DNA of 61,560 nucleotides, counting the filler, from Choristocarpus tenellus KU-1152 (Eukaryota > Protista > Phaeophyceae): NCBI GenBank assembly GCA_964200185.2. It is 5 parts of 5 records of this genome, joined end to end, with 100 filler letters (N's around TTAATTAATTAA, not from the genome) between each part and the next. Parts side by side here need not be neighbours in the genome. Positions count along the whole stretch, not along the records: positions 48,545 to 54,486 come from CAXNAD020009356.1; positions 54,587 to 61,560 come from CAXNAD020006940.1; 3 more parts are not named here. One strand, given 5' to 3'. Shown here in pieces: positions 51,601 to 61,560 of this stretch. The notes under the pieces were generated by a model. That model ran no database searches. It saw only the letters and a list, made by a program, of their open reading frames with translations, and was not told the origin of the DNA. Every line of letters begins with the position of its first letter. Within the stretch, counting starts at the first letter, position 1. The position numbers and the translations under genes were made by a program.

Positions 51601-54294
51601 GTCGTCCTCACCAACGACCCCTCCAATACCAGGGAGATCAGGAGCCATAATGCCCAGCTTGCCCAATGCCACAACCTTGTCTGCCAGCTGGGTGGACTCA
51701 TCCAACTGCTTGACCACACATGCGAGCTGTGTAATCAACACCGGACAAAGGGGTGCAAGGAATTAAACTTGCAAACATGCTTTAAGACATACTTGAAACA
51801 CAAAAGTGTTGGGTAGTGGTTTGGAGAAGGAACCAGGAGTGAAGTTCGCCACTATGATAGAAGGGCACACAGGAGATTCATTCCAAGACTGGAGAGGCAC
51901 AAGAGGCTGCAGGGCGAAGCATCTCATTGGCTTAATGTGTCAACTCACGCCAAGCTGTTGGTGCAGACGTTGTCATTAACTAGTACTGTGTCCCCTTCTG
52001 TCTAAAATTTGTTACTACTATGGGAATTGTTTACACGTTAATACAATTAGTACTACTTTGTATACTGTCTTTACCCATCTTGGAGTGACCAAAAGGCAAG
52101 GAGGGGGACACCACGTTTGGCAATAATGAGGATGGCGGGGGCAAAGTTAATGCAGGATGTAGGTAGTGGGGGGGGGGGGGGGGGCTACGTTTTTAAAAGG
52201 CGGGAAAAGGGAAAGCCCGGGGGTTTAAGTTTTTGGGGTAAAAAAATGGGAAACAGGGTGGGANNNNNNNNNNTAGTGTGGACATAGAGGGAGTGGGGGT
52301 GGAAAATTTTATAGGGGGATGGGGGGGGGGGGGGGGGGGGGGGAGTTTCTGTCTTTAAAGACAGGGAAAAGGAAAGCCCTGGGAATATAGTTATTTGGAG
52401 TAAAAAAATGGCAACAAGATCGGAAAATACCCCTACTAGAAAAGGAAGTCAACAAACAGTGTGAGATAACTTTTGGGAGCTGATTGGGCTCTGTCTTGAT
52501 CGTGTTGAAAAGACATCGGAGCACCATTGCACATGACTGCTGCTGACAGGATGACACAATTGTTTAGTATACACAATTGTAATTCAAAACACCACAGCAA
52601 TGAAGTAGTATGTAAAGGGCTATACAGTGTAACACTCTAAATATTAGTCAAACATGAATAAATAATATCGCCATAACGCCTACATATTCTACAAAAACGC
52701 AGTCAGTATATAGTGCGGAAAAAACATGATCACAAAGCCAATAGCATCAGCTGTCCCCTACAGAGTGAATACTATCATTGGATGACAGCAGTGCCGTGAG
52801 TTTTTTGGCGAAGTCTATTGGACAACAATATCTTGGTCTGTTTTTCCTTTTGCATGCTTCAACAAGAAACGGTACTCTTCCTCAGCACAAGCACAAGGGC
52901 GTGGTTTCCAGCTTTGGATTAACAAAGTAAGTCGTAGGGAGGTGCACCATTCAGCACTGGTACCCCGCTTAAATGCTGGGTCACTGCTTTGCTCGCTCCC
53001 CACCTACACCAGAGCTCTTTACTATGCTCTGTAGCAATGAACTATATCAAGAACTTGAATTAATCGAGAACCTCAGTGAGCACGGTGAGAAATTTGACAG
53101 ATTCTCGAAAATTATCCTACTGTAAAGAGCTTTGGGGATAGCTACAAATCGAATACCTAGAACGGTCAGGTCATGCCGTTCACAAAATTGAGTAGTCTTT
53201 TGTGTTACGCTGTATTATTGTTGTGGGTCCCTAAACGGAAAAAATAGTGAGCGGTGTTTCACCTCGTCCTTGGAGATCCCTTCGCCTCGAGACTGGGTGG
53301 TTTCATCGGCCATCACGGAAAACACATCCTTTACATGGAGGGACATCCTAGACGACACGCCTTCAACTCTAGAAGAGACCCCCTTTGAGCAATCACACGT
53401 AAATTCGGTGGTAGGCAAGTGGGGAATGTTGGTTAGTGGGGAGGGGTGGTATATCAGCTTGTTACCCACCCGTACATTGTTTGACTTACTATTAACTATA
53501 TCGCACAGGGCTTGGTTAGACGAGCATTCAAAGGGTTAGTGAGCTCGAGATCCAATTAGTTCATCGATGGCGGTGGAGGGGAAGATGTAGCTCCCTGCTT
53601 CGCCTCCATACCGTCCAAATATACTGGATGTACCCATCTACCAGCCTTTCACACCCCCACAAAGCATCGCAAGTGCGCAGCTACACTGCCAGCACAGAAA
53701 AGAGTGCTATTGAAAACTAAACAAATACATATTGTGATGTAAAGTCAGAATTCCCCACTCCCGGTTTACAAAAGAACATTGTTAAGACAAGATTCTCCAA
53801 TGCCTCCTCCAACACTACTTGCAGAATGCACGGATCTACCAATTCATTCTTGACAAACCTTAGTCACATTGAGCAGTGCACTCCCAGCCCCGGACGATAC
53901 TCCCTGTGTGACTCCACGGGCAGCATTCTACTCACCGGCCAGTGGGGAAGTGGAAGAGGTTTTCTTAGTCGATTTAATGGGGCGTCGTCTTGCGTGCTAC
54001 GAAGGCATTGCAAGCGCTTGTATTCGAGTAGCAAGAATTTTTGTGGCATGCAAGCACACCTCAATAGAGAGAAATATGATGTAGGCATCTATAGGGGAAG
54101 GGAAGTCTGCAACAGCCCCTAGCACCGACCTTGGTCGCCTGAAAAGCTCCTGTCGCCCAACCTCCAAGTCCTCTGCTGTACAGAACTTCTGAGGACCTCC
54201 CTTCTACTCTCCCATTCTTGTTTTTAATATCCATATCCTCATACACCTGATCGTACGCGTCCTGCTCCAGCTGCTCCTCCTGGTGCAGGTCCAT
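48663..54294 (-). CDS. USO1: USO1/p115 vesicle-tethering factor, 5' part (armadillo head)
   Basis: Exons 54130-54294, 53612-53637, 53263-53368, 51612-51726, 50706-50800, 50244-50342 and 48663-48766 are in frame. VVKQLDESTQLADKVVAL and ALLAILV...QIVGYPAGMQTLVDLLDDR correspond to p115 'DRVASSTLLDDRRNAV' and 'IILVSPMGVSRLMDLLADSR'. The first two exons are less certain. Confidence 0.75.
50825..51124. repeat. Intronic 45-bp minisatellite x~6.5
   Basis: Unit CATCAAAAGTGTACGATCTATTCCTCAAAAAAATAATAATATTGG repeated without spacers; it produces the spurious ASKVYDLFLKKIIIL ORF. Confidence 0.97.
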
Positions 54295-54633
54295 CTTCCC
54301 AACCAGAACACCCAATAGGATACCAACTCGAAGGAACAAGAGGCATGAAACAAATTTCTTCCCCAAATCATTCCGCGCAAATTACCGCGCGCAAATATGA
54401 ATAAGATTCAGTTTTCAATACAGTACCTACCCCGATTTTGTTCACCCCTGTGTATACCCTAAAAAAGCGGCACACAATCTATATGGNNNNNNNNNNNNNN
54501 NNNNNNNNNNNNNNNNNNNNNNNNNNNNNNTTAATTAATTAANNNNNNNNNNNNNNNNNNNNNNNNNNNNNNNNNNNNNNNNNNNNTTTTTTTTTTTTTT
54601 TCTTCTCCTCACCGTACCGCACCCTGCTTCTCG

Positions 54634-54665
<32 letters not shown>

Positions 54666-55455
54666 ACACACACACACCCTTTGCCACCTTCTCTTGCTTC
54701 TTTGTGAGCATCGTCCGTGTATTTCACAGTGTAGCAAGTCCTGTAGTTGAGTGTCAATTGAATTGACACAAATAAATGTTTTCGCGATTTTCATCAAAAA
54801 TCGAGGTGTTTGGGTGAAATTTTTAAAATTTCGGAACTTTGGATTATTTTTTGCTGTTGTTGTTGTTGTTGTTGTACGAGCGTGCACTCTGCTCTTGTAG
54901 ATCAGCGATTTGTGGGCCTCAATTTGTGTGCTTGTTTTTACCTTCTGATTATTATTATTACTATCGTTTTGTAATTTGATATATATATATATTTTATTGT
55001 TTGAATATTTGATTGTAAGCGATTTATGTTTTTGTTCGGAACACAAGTCGCAGTCCCCCCCCGCATGAATACCTCACACAGCACACAGTGCTCAGCAACC
55101 CGAGTGCTTATTTAGCCTCAGGTATTTGCTGTTCTCTCTCCCACTTCAGCTTGCAAGAGTGACCCTTTGTTGGGTATGCCTTTGCATTTTTTTGACTTGA
55201 GGTATCAATCAGGGCAGAGTTTGTGCTTGTAGGTGCCTTGCCCGTTCCTTCCCCTTCTTTGGCTTGAGCTGTCTCATCCTCCAAGAAGAAGGGTGATGAA
55301 GAGCATCTCTATCCCCTCCTGTGGCTTGAGCTGTCTCATCCTCCAAGAAGAAGGGTGAAGAAAAGCATGTCTTTCCATGATGTTTTCCCCTCCCTCATTT
55401 CATTTATGGTGCACAGATTTTTACATGTAAAGCTTGTTTGGACGTGACATTCTAG

Positions 55456-55558
55456 GTGATATCAACATTCATTGATCCTGGCACGGCGAATAAAATCCAT
55501 CTCTTGCCAAGCCTCAACCACCCTGTACTGCTTGAAAACTTCAGCAAGGAGACAGTAG

Positions 55559-55634
<76 letters not shown>

Positions 55635-56782
55635 TCTTCTGAGGGATGAGTGCTGATCTTGGTTCTTTCCATGTTCCCAGAACCTTTTTTTAAGTCTCAC
55701 TCTTTAAACTGCCTTTTTATACTCTGGAACTGAGATACCGCTGGTGTAGAGGGATGGTGATGTCATGCCTTTCAAAGTTCCTGGTGATGTAGGAATGGTC
55801 TGTTCTTCCCCTCAAGGCCTTTGGCTGGATTGTGTATGTTATGTGTGTGTGTTACGTATGAGTTGCGTGTGTTATGTATGAGTTATGTGTGTGTGTTACG
55901 TATGAGTTGCGTGTGTTACGTGTGAGTTATGTGTGTGTGTTATGTATGAGTTGCATGTGTACGTGTGAGTTATGTGTGTGTTATGTATGTGTTGCGTGTG
56001 TTATGTGTGAGTTATGTGTGTGTGTTATGTATGAGTTACGTGTGTTATGTGTGAGTTATGTGTGTGTGTTATGTATGAGTTGCGTGTGTTACGTGTGTGT
56101 GTCTGTTCGTGTGGTACGTACTTTGAATGATTTCTGAGTGTGCCCAACTCATTCCCTCATCTCCCTTGAATGTCCACCTCCTCAGAACACATTCTGCTAT
56201 CTACTCCCTGTGCTGTTTAGGTTTCTCAGTTTTGTTGCCTCTTTTGTACGTATCTATATTTTTTAAAATCTTGGTGATACGCTTTAATTTATAATTTTCT
56301 GAGTTTTGAGAGGTGATTGCGACCGCTCGGTGTAACTTTCCATGTTATTTTCATGTGCACCTTTGTCTGCAGAGAGCCTGCTTTTGTCACCATAAAAAGC
56401 TCAAGTCCCCCAAATCTCCACCCCTGTAATTTCACTCTTGTACAAGTACACCGTAGGAACGCAGTGCTATGACAAGGTCATGAACCTGACTCTTATCGAG
56501 TGATACGGAAGGCGTCCTTTTTTTTTTCTTAACCCAAAGCAAGATGAAACACCTGAAGAGGAACTTGTAAGACCGCATCAATACACCAACCAAATAACTG
56601 TCGTGCTAACTAGATCGCAAATCTCCTCCCCCCTCTTAAACTCTGCAGGCCATTGTGAGGACAGACCCGTCGCTTGCTTCTCCTCAAATCGAGCTGCGAC
56701 AGGACTCCCTCGGAGGGCTTCCCCCCCCGAATCCCTTCTTGCCTCGCCCTCAAACAGCAACTGGACAGCCGGCAGTGGCAAC

Positions 56783-56816
<34 letters not shown>

Positions 56817-59800
56817 AAAGGCGTGCCTATCGATGTCTTATCTGTGAGCATGAAAGGACATGGGGAGAGGAAATATGCTGACGAAAGCGATACGGAGGAT
56901 GAGGAAGCAGTGGTGTTGGAGGACGGCTGGGGATTGGATGCTAAAGGAGGTTTAGTAGTAAAAGGGAAGGCATTGACCTTAGAGGATGGATGTGATGGGG
57001 TTGCGGGAGAGGCTGTGCCGGTGGAGGTGACCCCTGTGCCGGATTTATCTGGGAGTGGGGGGGCAGAGGGGAATGAGCTAGAGATGTGGGCTGATGGCGA
57101 TGCTAGTGTTGGGGTGATGGAGCTGGAGCCGGTGTCTACCTTTGAGGGGAAGATGGCGCGAGGGGTTAATGGTTTGTCGAAAAACAGTCTCCACCCGAAG
57201 TTGGAGGGTGGGCAGGAGAGGGGGTGTGATGGAAGGAGCTGGAGGGCTGGAGGGGGGTTGGGGCAGACGATCAGGCCCAAGGCACGGCGGAAAGAGGTGG
57301 GTATTGGATGGGGGATAGGGGGGCCGGGGGGTAGTGGTATTTTTTTTTTGAGAATATTGTGGGGTTGGAGTAGTTTGGTGTTGTATTATTTTTGTTTGTG
57401 ACTGTAAGTGTGAGGTTGATGGCCTGCATATTGATTTGTTTGTGACTGTAAGTGTGAGGTTGATGGCCTGCACATTGATTTGTTTGTGACTGTAAGTGTG
57501 AGGTTGATGACCTGCACATTGTTTTGTTTGTGACTGTAAGTGTGAGGTTGATGGCCTGCACATTGATTTGTTTGTGACTGTAAGTGTGAGGTTGATGGCC
57601 TGCGCTGTGAGCAGATGTTTTGTATGCATATATGCACATAGCTCTATCGATAGACCCAAGCACTGTACACGTTGTTGGCATCCCCTGGTCTTGAAGATAT
57701 TCCCGTAAAGGATCTCCGCCCTCGTGGTTGCTCAGTCTTGAGTAGGCTGCGGATTAGTGTGTGAGTGTGGGGAGGGGGGGTGGACTGAAGAGCTGCCGCA
57801 CCCTCCTGCTTTTATTGGGCTGGAATTCGTGTCGGTGTTGTCAATTTACGACGAATCTCTGGGTTGATTTCTACCAATGAGTGTACTTCTGTGCTGCGAA
57901 AACTATTCTGTTTCGTGAGTGCGAAATTCAACATTCAACATTCAACATTCAACATTCAACATTCGACATTCGACATTCGACGTTCGACGTTCGAAAAAAG
58001 TAATTGATTGTGCTGCAGCGGTGGACTTTTTTAGATTTTTTTTGTTTTGTTTTTTGTTTAATGTTTGTAAGTAAGTGTTCTGGTTGGAGGAAGTGGTGAT
58101 GTGATGCGACAGTTTTCGAGTGTGAGAAAGAGGAAGTACGTCGGTGAACAGGCGGCGATTTTTGTACCGTGCCCGCCGACTGTGTATTTATATTGTGCGC
58201 CTTCGGAGGCGCGGGTGATGGAGGTAATAGCAGACAGGGGAATTGATGGTGGGTTTAGAGCTCGTTGTTGCTCGGGAGGCGTGTAGGGATGGATGCGCGT
58301 TGTTGTTGGCAATGGGAAGAGACTGAAGTAAAAACTTACCCCCCTCAACGGATCTGGCGCTTGTTTGACACGTTGGATTGGGGGGGGGATGTGGTCAGTC
58401 CCTGCTGAGCTACTTACAGTCTCTTAACTTTATTTTACTTTATTTTATTTTATTTTGTTTTATTTTGTTTTTTCTGGAGTCTAGTGTGTTACCGCTTGTT
58501 CTTTGTTCTTCACTATGACCCATCCTCCTTGCATCTAAACGCGCCCCTCTTGTGAGCGACCACCTTTCTCCTTCCCATCCCACGCCGATTCCTGCCTCAA
58601 GCTTGCCCATACATCTCCAACCCGGATGATTGGAACAACATTATCTAGCTTGTGGACGGAGTTGGGATTTGGGTTGGTGTTTCAATCCCCAAACCACCCG
58701 CCACCTACTGCATTATGAGCACCTGCCTATTTTTTTAGTACTCTGCACACTGCTACTGTTGTGGGGCACGTAACTTGAGTATTGCATCTATCTACTTCAC
58801 AACAAAAACCCGTATCCCTAACCCCAATCTGTAATCGTTTTTGTTTGTTTGTTATCTATATAGGGCTACCTATTCAAGGAGCGCGACACCCTTCACGCCT
58901 ATCGAAGACGTTACGTGGTCCTTGAATCTGGGGGGGAGGTGGGGGGAGGGGGCGGTGTGCTGCCACCCACACTAACCTACAGTAAGGGGAAGGAGGAAGT
59001 GGACATGGGTACGGCCAAGACAATCTCCTTGGAGGTGAGCGGCGAGGGGCAACAGTGTTCTTTGGCGTTGGATTTGGTTTGGTGTTGCTCGTCTCGATTT
59101 TGTTTGATTTGCCTTGGTGTGGAGACCTGATCTCCTATGATGACAGCTTGTTGTCATCAGACAAGGTGGACTGGGGTGGTGGTGCTAGGAAGGTATTGGC
59201 TAAAGCTTTTCAGAGGAGAGTGCGGCGGACTTTCTTCCCTGCAGTCAGGTGTGCTCTTTGTGTTGGGGGATGTATTGTATGTGCCAAGTGGGTCAAAGCA
59301 TCTGAGGGGGGGAGGGAGGTCTACACCAGGGTGCCCATTCTGACCCTGACCTGGACAGACCATCCGACGCATGCAACCAAATCACACAAAAATTGTGACA
59401 TGGAAAAAGGGTCCAAATGGACAACCGCCACCCCCTACCAGATACTCTGAGCCAGTGTGGGTGGTGTCTTGGCCATCCCCAAGGCAGCATGGGCTACACA
59501 AAGGTTGTTGATGTTCTTAGAGGTGGAAGCTGAGACACCTATGATACAGGCAGTGGGTATGTTGTGTTAGGCCTCTGCATCTCATGCACTGATGATACTG
59601 AGGAAGGTCAAATTTGTTCTGCTACGAATCAGTCTGTGAGCTTGTCGAAGATATTGGCTAGTATCCCTGACTGCTCTGTCAGGTTGGTTGGGTGAAGGGA
59701 GATTGGGGTAGAGTGAAAGTATCTCAGAGGGTACGAGTTTTGCCCTGTTTGTCCATTTTGGGGCTTGGCTTCCCATGTTTTTCTTTTTTATGACATTTTC

Positions 59801-61414
59801 CTACTCCAAAATGTTTCAGAGTAGGTAAAATGCTATAAAAAGCTATAAAAAGGTGTGTCCGGAACAAGGACATTGACACTTTTCCTAACAAACACGATAG
59901 TCAAAATTACATCAAAATTGCAACATTGGATTTTGGCCCCAAATGGACGCGGCTCTACCCCCTCTAAGATACTTTGGCTTGTAGAGACTGTACATGTAAA
60001 AAAGTAAAAAGAAGCAGCTGTACAGGTATTGTGCGTTGATCTCAATCATTAACACTTGACCGTTTTCATCTGACTTTTGGCAACTAGCAGTTAGCGTCTA
60101 CAGTATCTCTCCGCGGAAAAATAAAGAGGCGGTTGTATTATATATGGCTTCTTTTTTTTTTGCACCGGAGGATTCCAAGATTTGAGACAATGTTTTTTTT
60201 TTTGCCTTTTCTTTCACCTCAACAACAGTGGTGATAAATACTAATAAGAATTGAAAGTTTGGTGGGTAACTGTTGTGAGTCTTAACTATCGTCAATATGA
60301 GGGGTGTTTGCCTGGTATGAAGTGTTTATACCTTATTCTGTCACACTTGGTCACTGGTAGCGATCACTGATTCTATCCAGCTTTACATTGGTTGCCAACT
60401 AAACAAACAGGAAGGCGTGTAAAGAACCTCTTTGGTTGTTGAGCAGAGACTTTCTCCTTGGCAGCTATCTGGATCAGCAACACCAATTCAGTGTACCCCT
60501 GTCCTAGGTAGACCCCCCTACCTTGGTCTTTCCTCTACCACACCGTGCATCGACCTGTATCTCAATCACCACACCTCTCCCTATCCTGTTTACCTTACAT
60601 ACATTTAATTTATCTTGATGAATTAGTTCTTGGTTATCCTCTCTCCTCCTCCACCCTCCAAAAAGTAACCAAATGTGGCATAGTAATCATAGTAATTAAT
60701 CATTGTAATCATAGTAATTAATCATTGTAATTATGAAAATGTCCGCCTCAATCCAGTTGTTGATGTCCAAGAACATTGGTTGTACCTTTGGGAGTCTAAA
60801 TCCCAACCATGATTTTCACTCCCCACCCCCCCCCCTGCCCCCTGCCCCCGCCCCCGCCCCCGCCCCCACACACCATAAAATAAAACCGCCTTCGTCCTTA
60901 ATGAAAGCCTTGATGTTGTGGATCAAAAGTTCTTTTGTGAGAATAGTGATATGAATGAATCAACTCAAACACCCTTCTATGCATTGGATTAGAACCAGCC
61001 CGAGAAAGCAACCAATTGAATTTAACCACTACTATTTTTTGATGTCGATCTTGGATTCGAGCGAACCATTGCACAATTCAAAAACACTACTACGACAAGT
61101 CAAGTACAACGTGCTAAAAAACATCCCCCTGCTGAAAACTGTGGCGGTATCAGGGTGCAGAGGTTGTACTTGGGGAGTCCAAGAGGGGAGAACTGTTCCC
61201 GTTCAATTTGATATTTACGAGGGAACGCAGGGGCGGGTGGGGGGGTGGCAAGGGCGACGGCAATGGTGTCGTTGGGGGATCTGGGGGGCGGCGGGCGGGG
61301 GGGAGCAAGGGTTTATCCCTGGGGTCGCACCGGGAAGAGGAAGCGCTGGAATGGTTGAAGGAAATAGGAGATGCAGTTGCTGAGTACGCAGTGTACCAGG
61401 AAGAAGGTGGGTGA
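55456..61414 (+). CDS. CRAL-TRIO (Sec14-like) C-terminus + low-complexity linker + PH domain protein, 3' part
   Basis: Exons 55456-55560 (VISTFIDPGTANKIHLL...LLENFSKETVE, Sec14-like), 56649-57296 (Gly/Ala/acidic linker ending RKE), 58864-59034 (GYLFKERDTLHAYRRRYVVL) and 61154-~61414 (LFPFNLIF...EEEALEWLKEIGDA, PH C-terminal Trp helix), joined by phase-0 junctions. The gene may end at TGA 61412-61414 or splice onward. Confidence 0.7.
55561..56100. repeat. (GT)36 microsatellite at 55561-55632 plus GT-rich degenerate satellite at ~55830-56100
   Basis: Seen directly; the (GT)n run begins at the donor GT. Confidence 0.95.
57391..57602. repeat. Intronic 44-bp minisatellite x~4.8
   Basis: Unit TTTGTTTGTGACTGTAAGTGTGAGGTTGATGGCCTGCACATTGA in direct tandem. 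Confidence 0.97.
59716..59975 (+). mobile_element. MITE copy 3
   Basis: AAAGTATCTCAGAGGGTA...CCCTCTAAGATACTTT termini and an internal sequence colinear with copy 1. Confidence 0.85.
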
Positions 61415-61560
61415 GAGAACTTTGTGTGATGTTTCTGTTTTTGTTGAGGTGGTTTCTAGGAGAAGGGGAGGGGGGGGGGGGGGGGCCATACCGTTGAGAA
61501 TATTTTTGGCTCATTGGAGGGGGCCTTCTGTATTTTTTTTTTTTTTTGTGTGTGTGTGTG

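Noticed and set aside
445-61414. Alternative genetic code, readthrough or selenocysteine
   Set aside because: All reconstructed exons translate without internal stops in the standard code.

Overview
Intron-rich eukaryotic DNA in the standard genetic code, most likely a stramenopile (brown alga or close relative; inferred from intron density, TTAGGG-type repeats and the style of the LINE relics). Four artificial 100-bp linkers (44N-TTAATTAATTAA-44N) join five contigs. (1) 445-29884 (-): internal part of a giant HERC/HECT-like E3 ligase, hand-spliced into 54 phase-consistent exons (~2,480 aa). It has five CUB-like repeats, two LamG-like regions, an SH3b-like module, SPRY and MIB/HERC2, with domains apparently nested inside one another, two GC-AG introns and a 21-nt microexon. 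(2) ~30615-40738 (-): probable orphan multi-pass (GPCR-like) membrane gene. Its introns hold LINE relics, MITEs and a pre-miRNA-like hairpin, and its exons appear to splice in frame across a gap to a signal-peptide exon lying head-to-head with SDS22. (3) 40842-48069 (+): complete SDS22/PPP1R7, 9 exons. (4) 48663-54294 (-): 5' part of USO1/p115. (5) 55456-61414 (+): 3' part of a CRAL-TRIO/low-complexity/PH gene. Most short ORFs in the supplied track are intronic noise or repeat artefacts. There is no CRISPR array, rRNA or tRNA. All gene models are manual predictions without transcript support.
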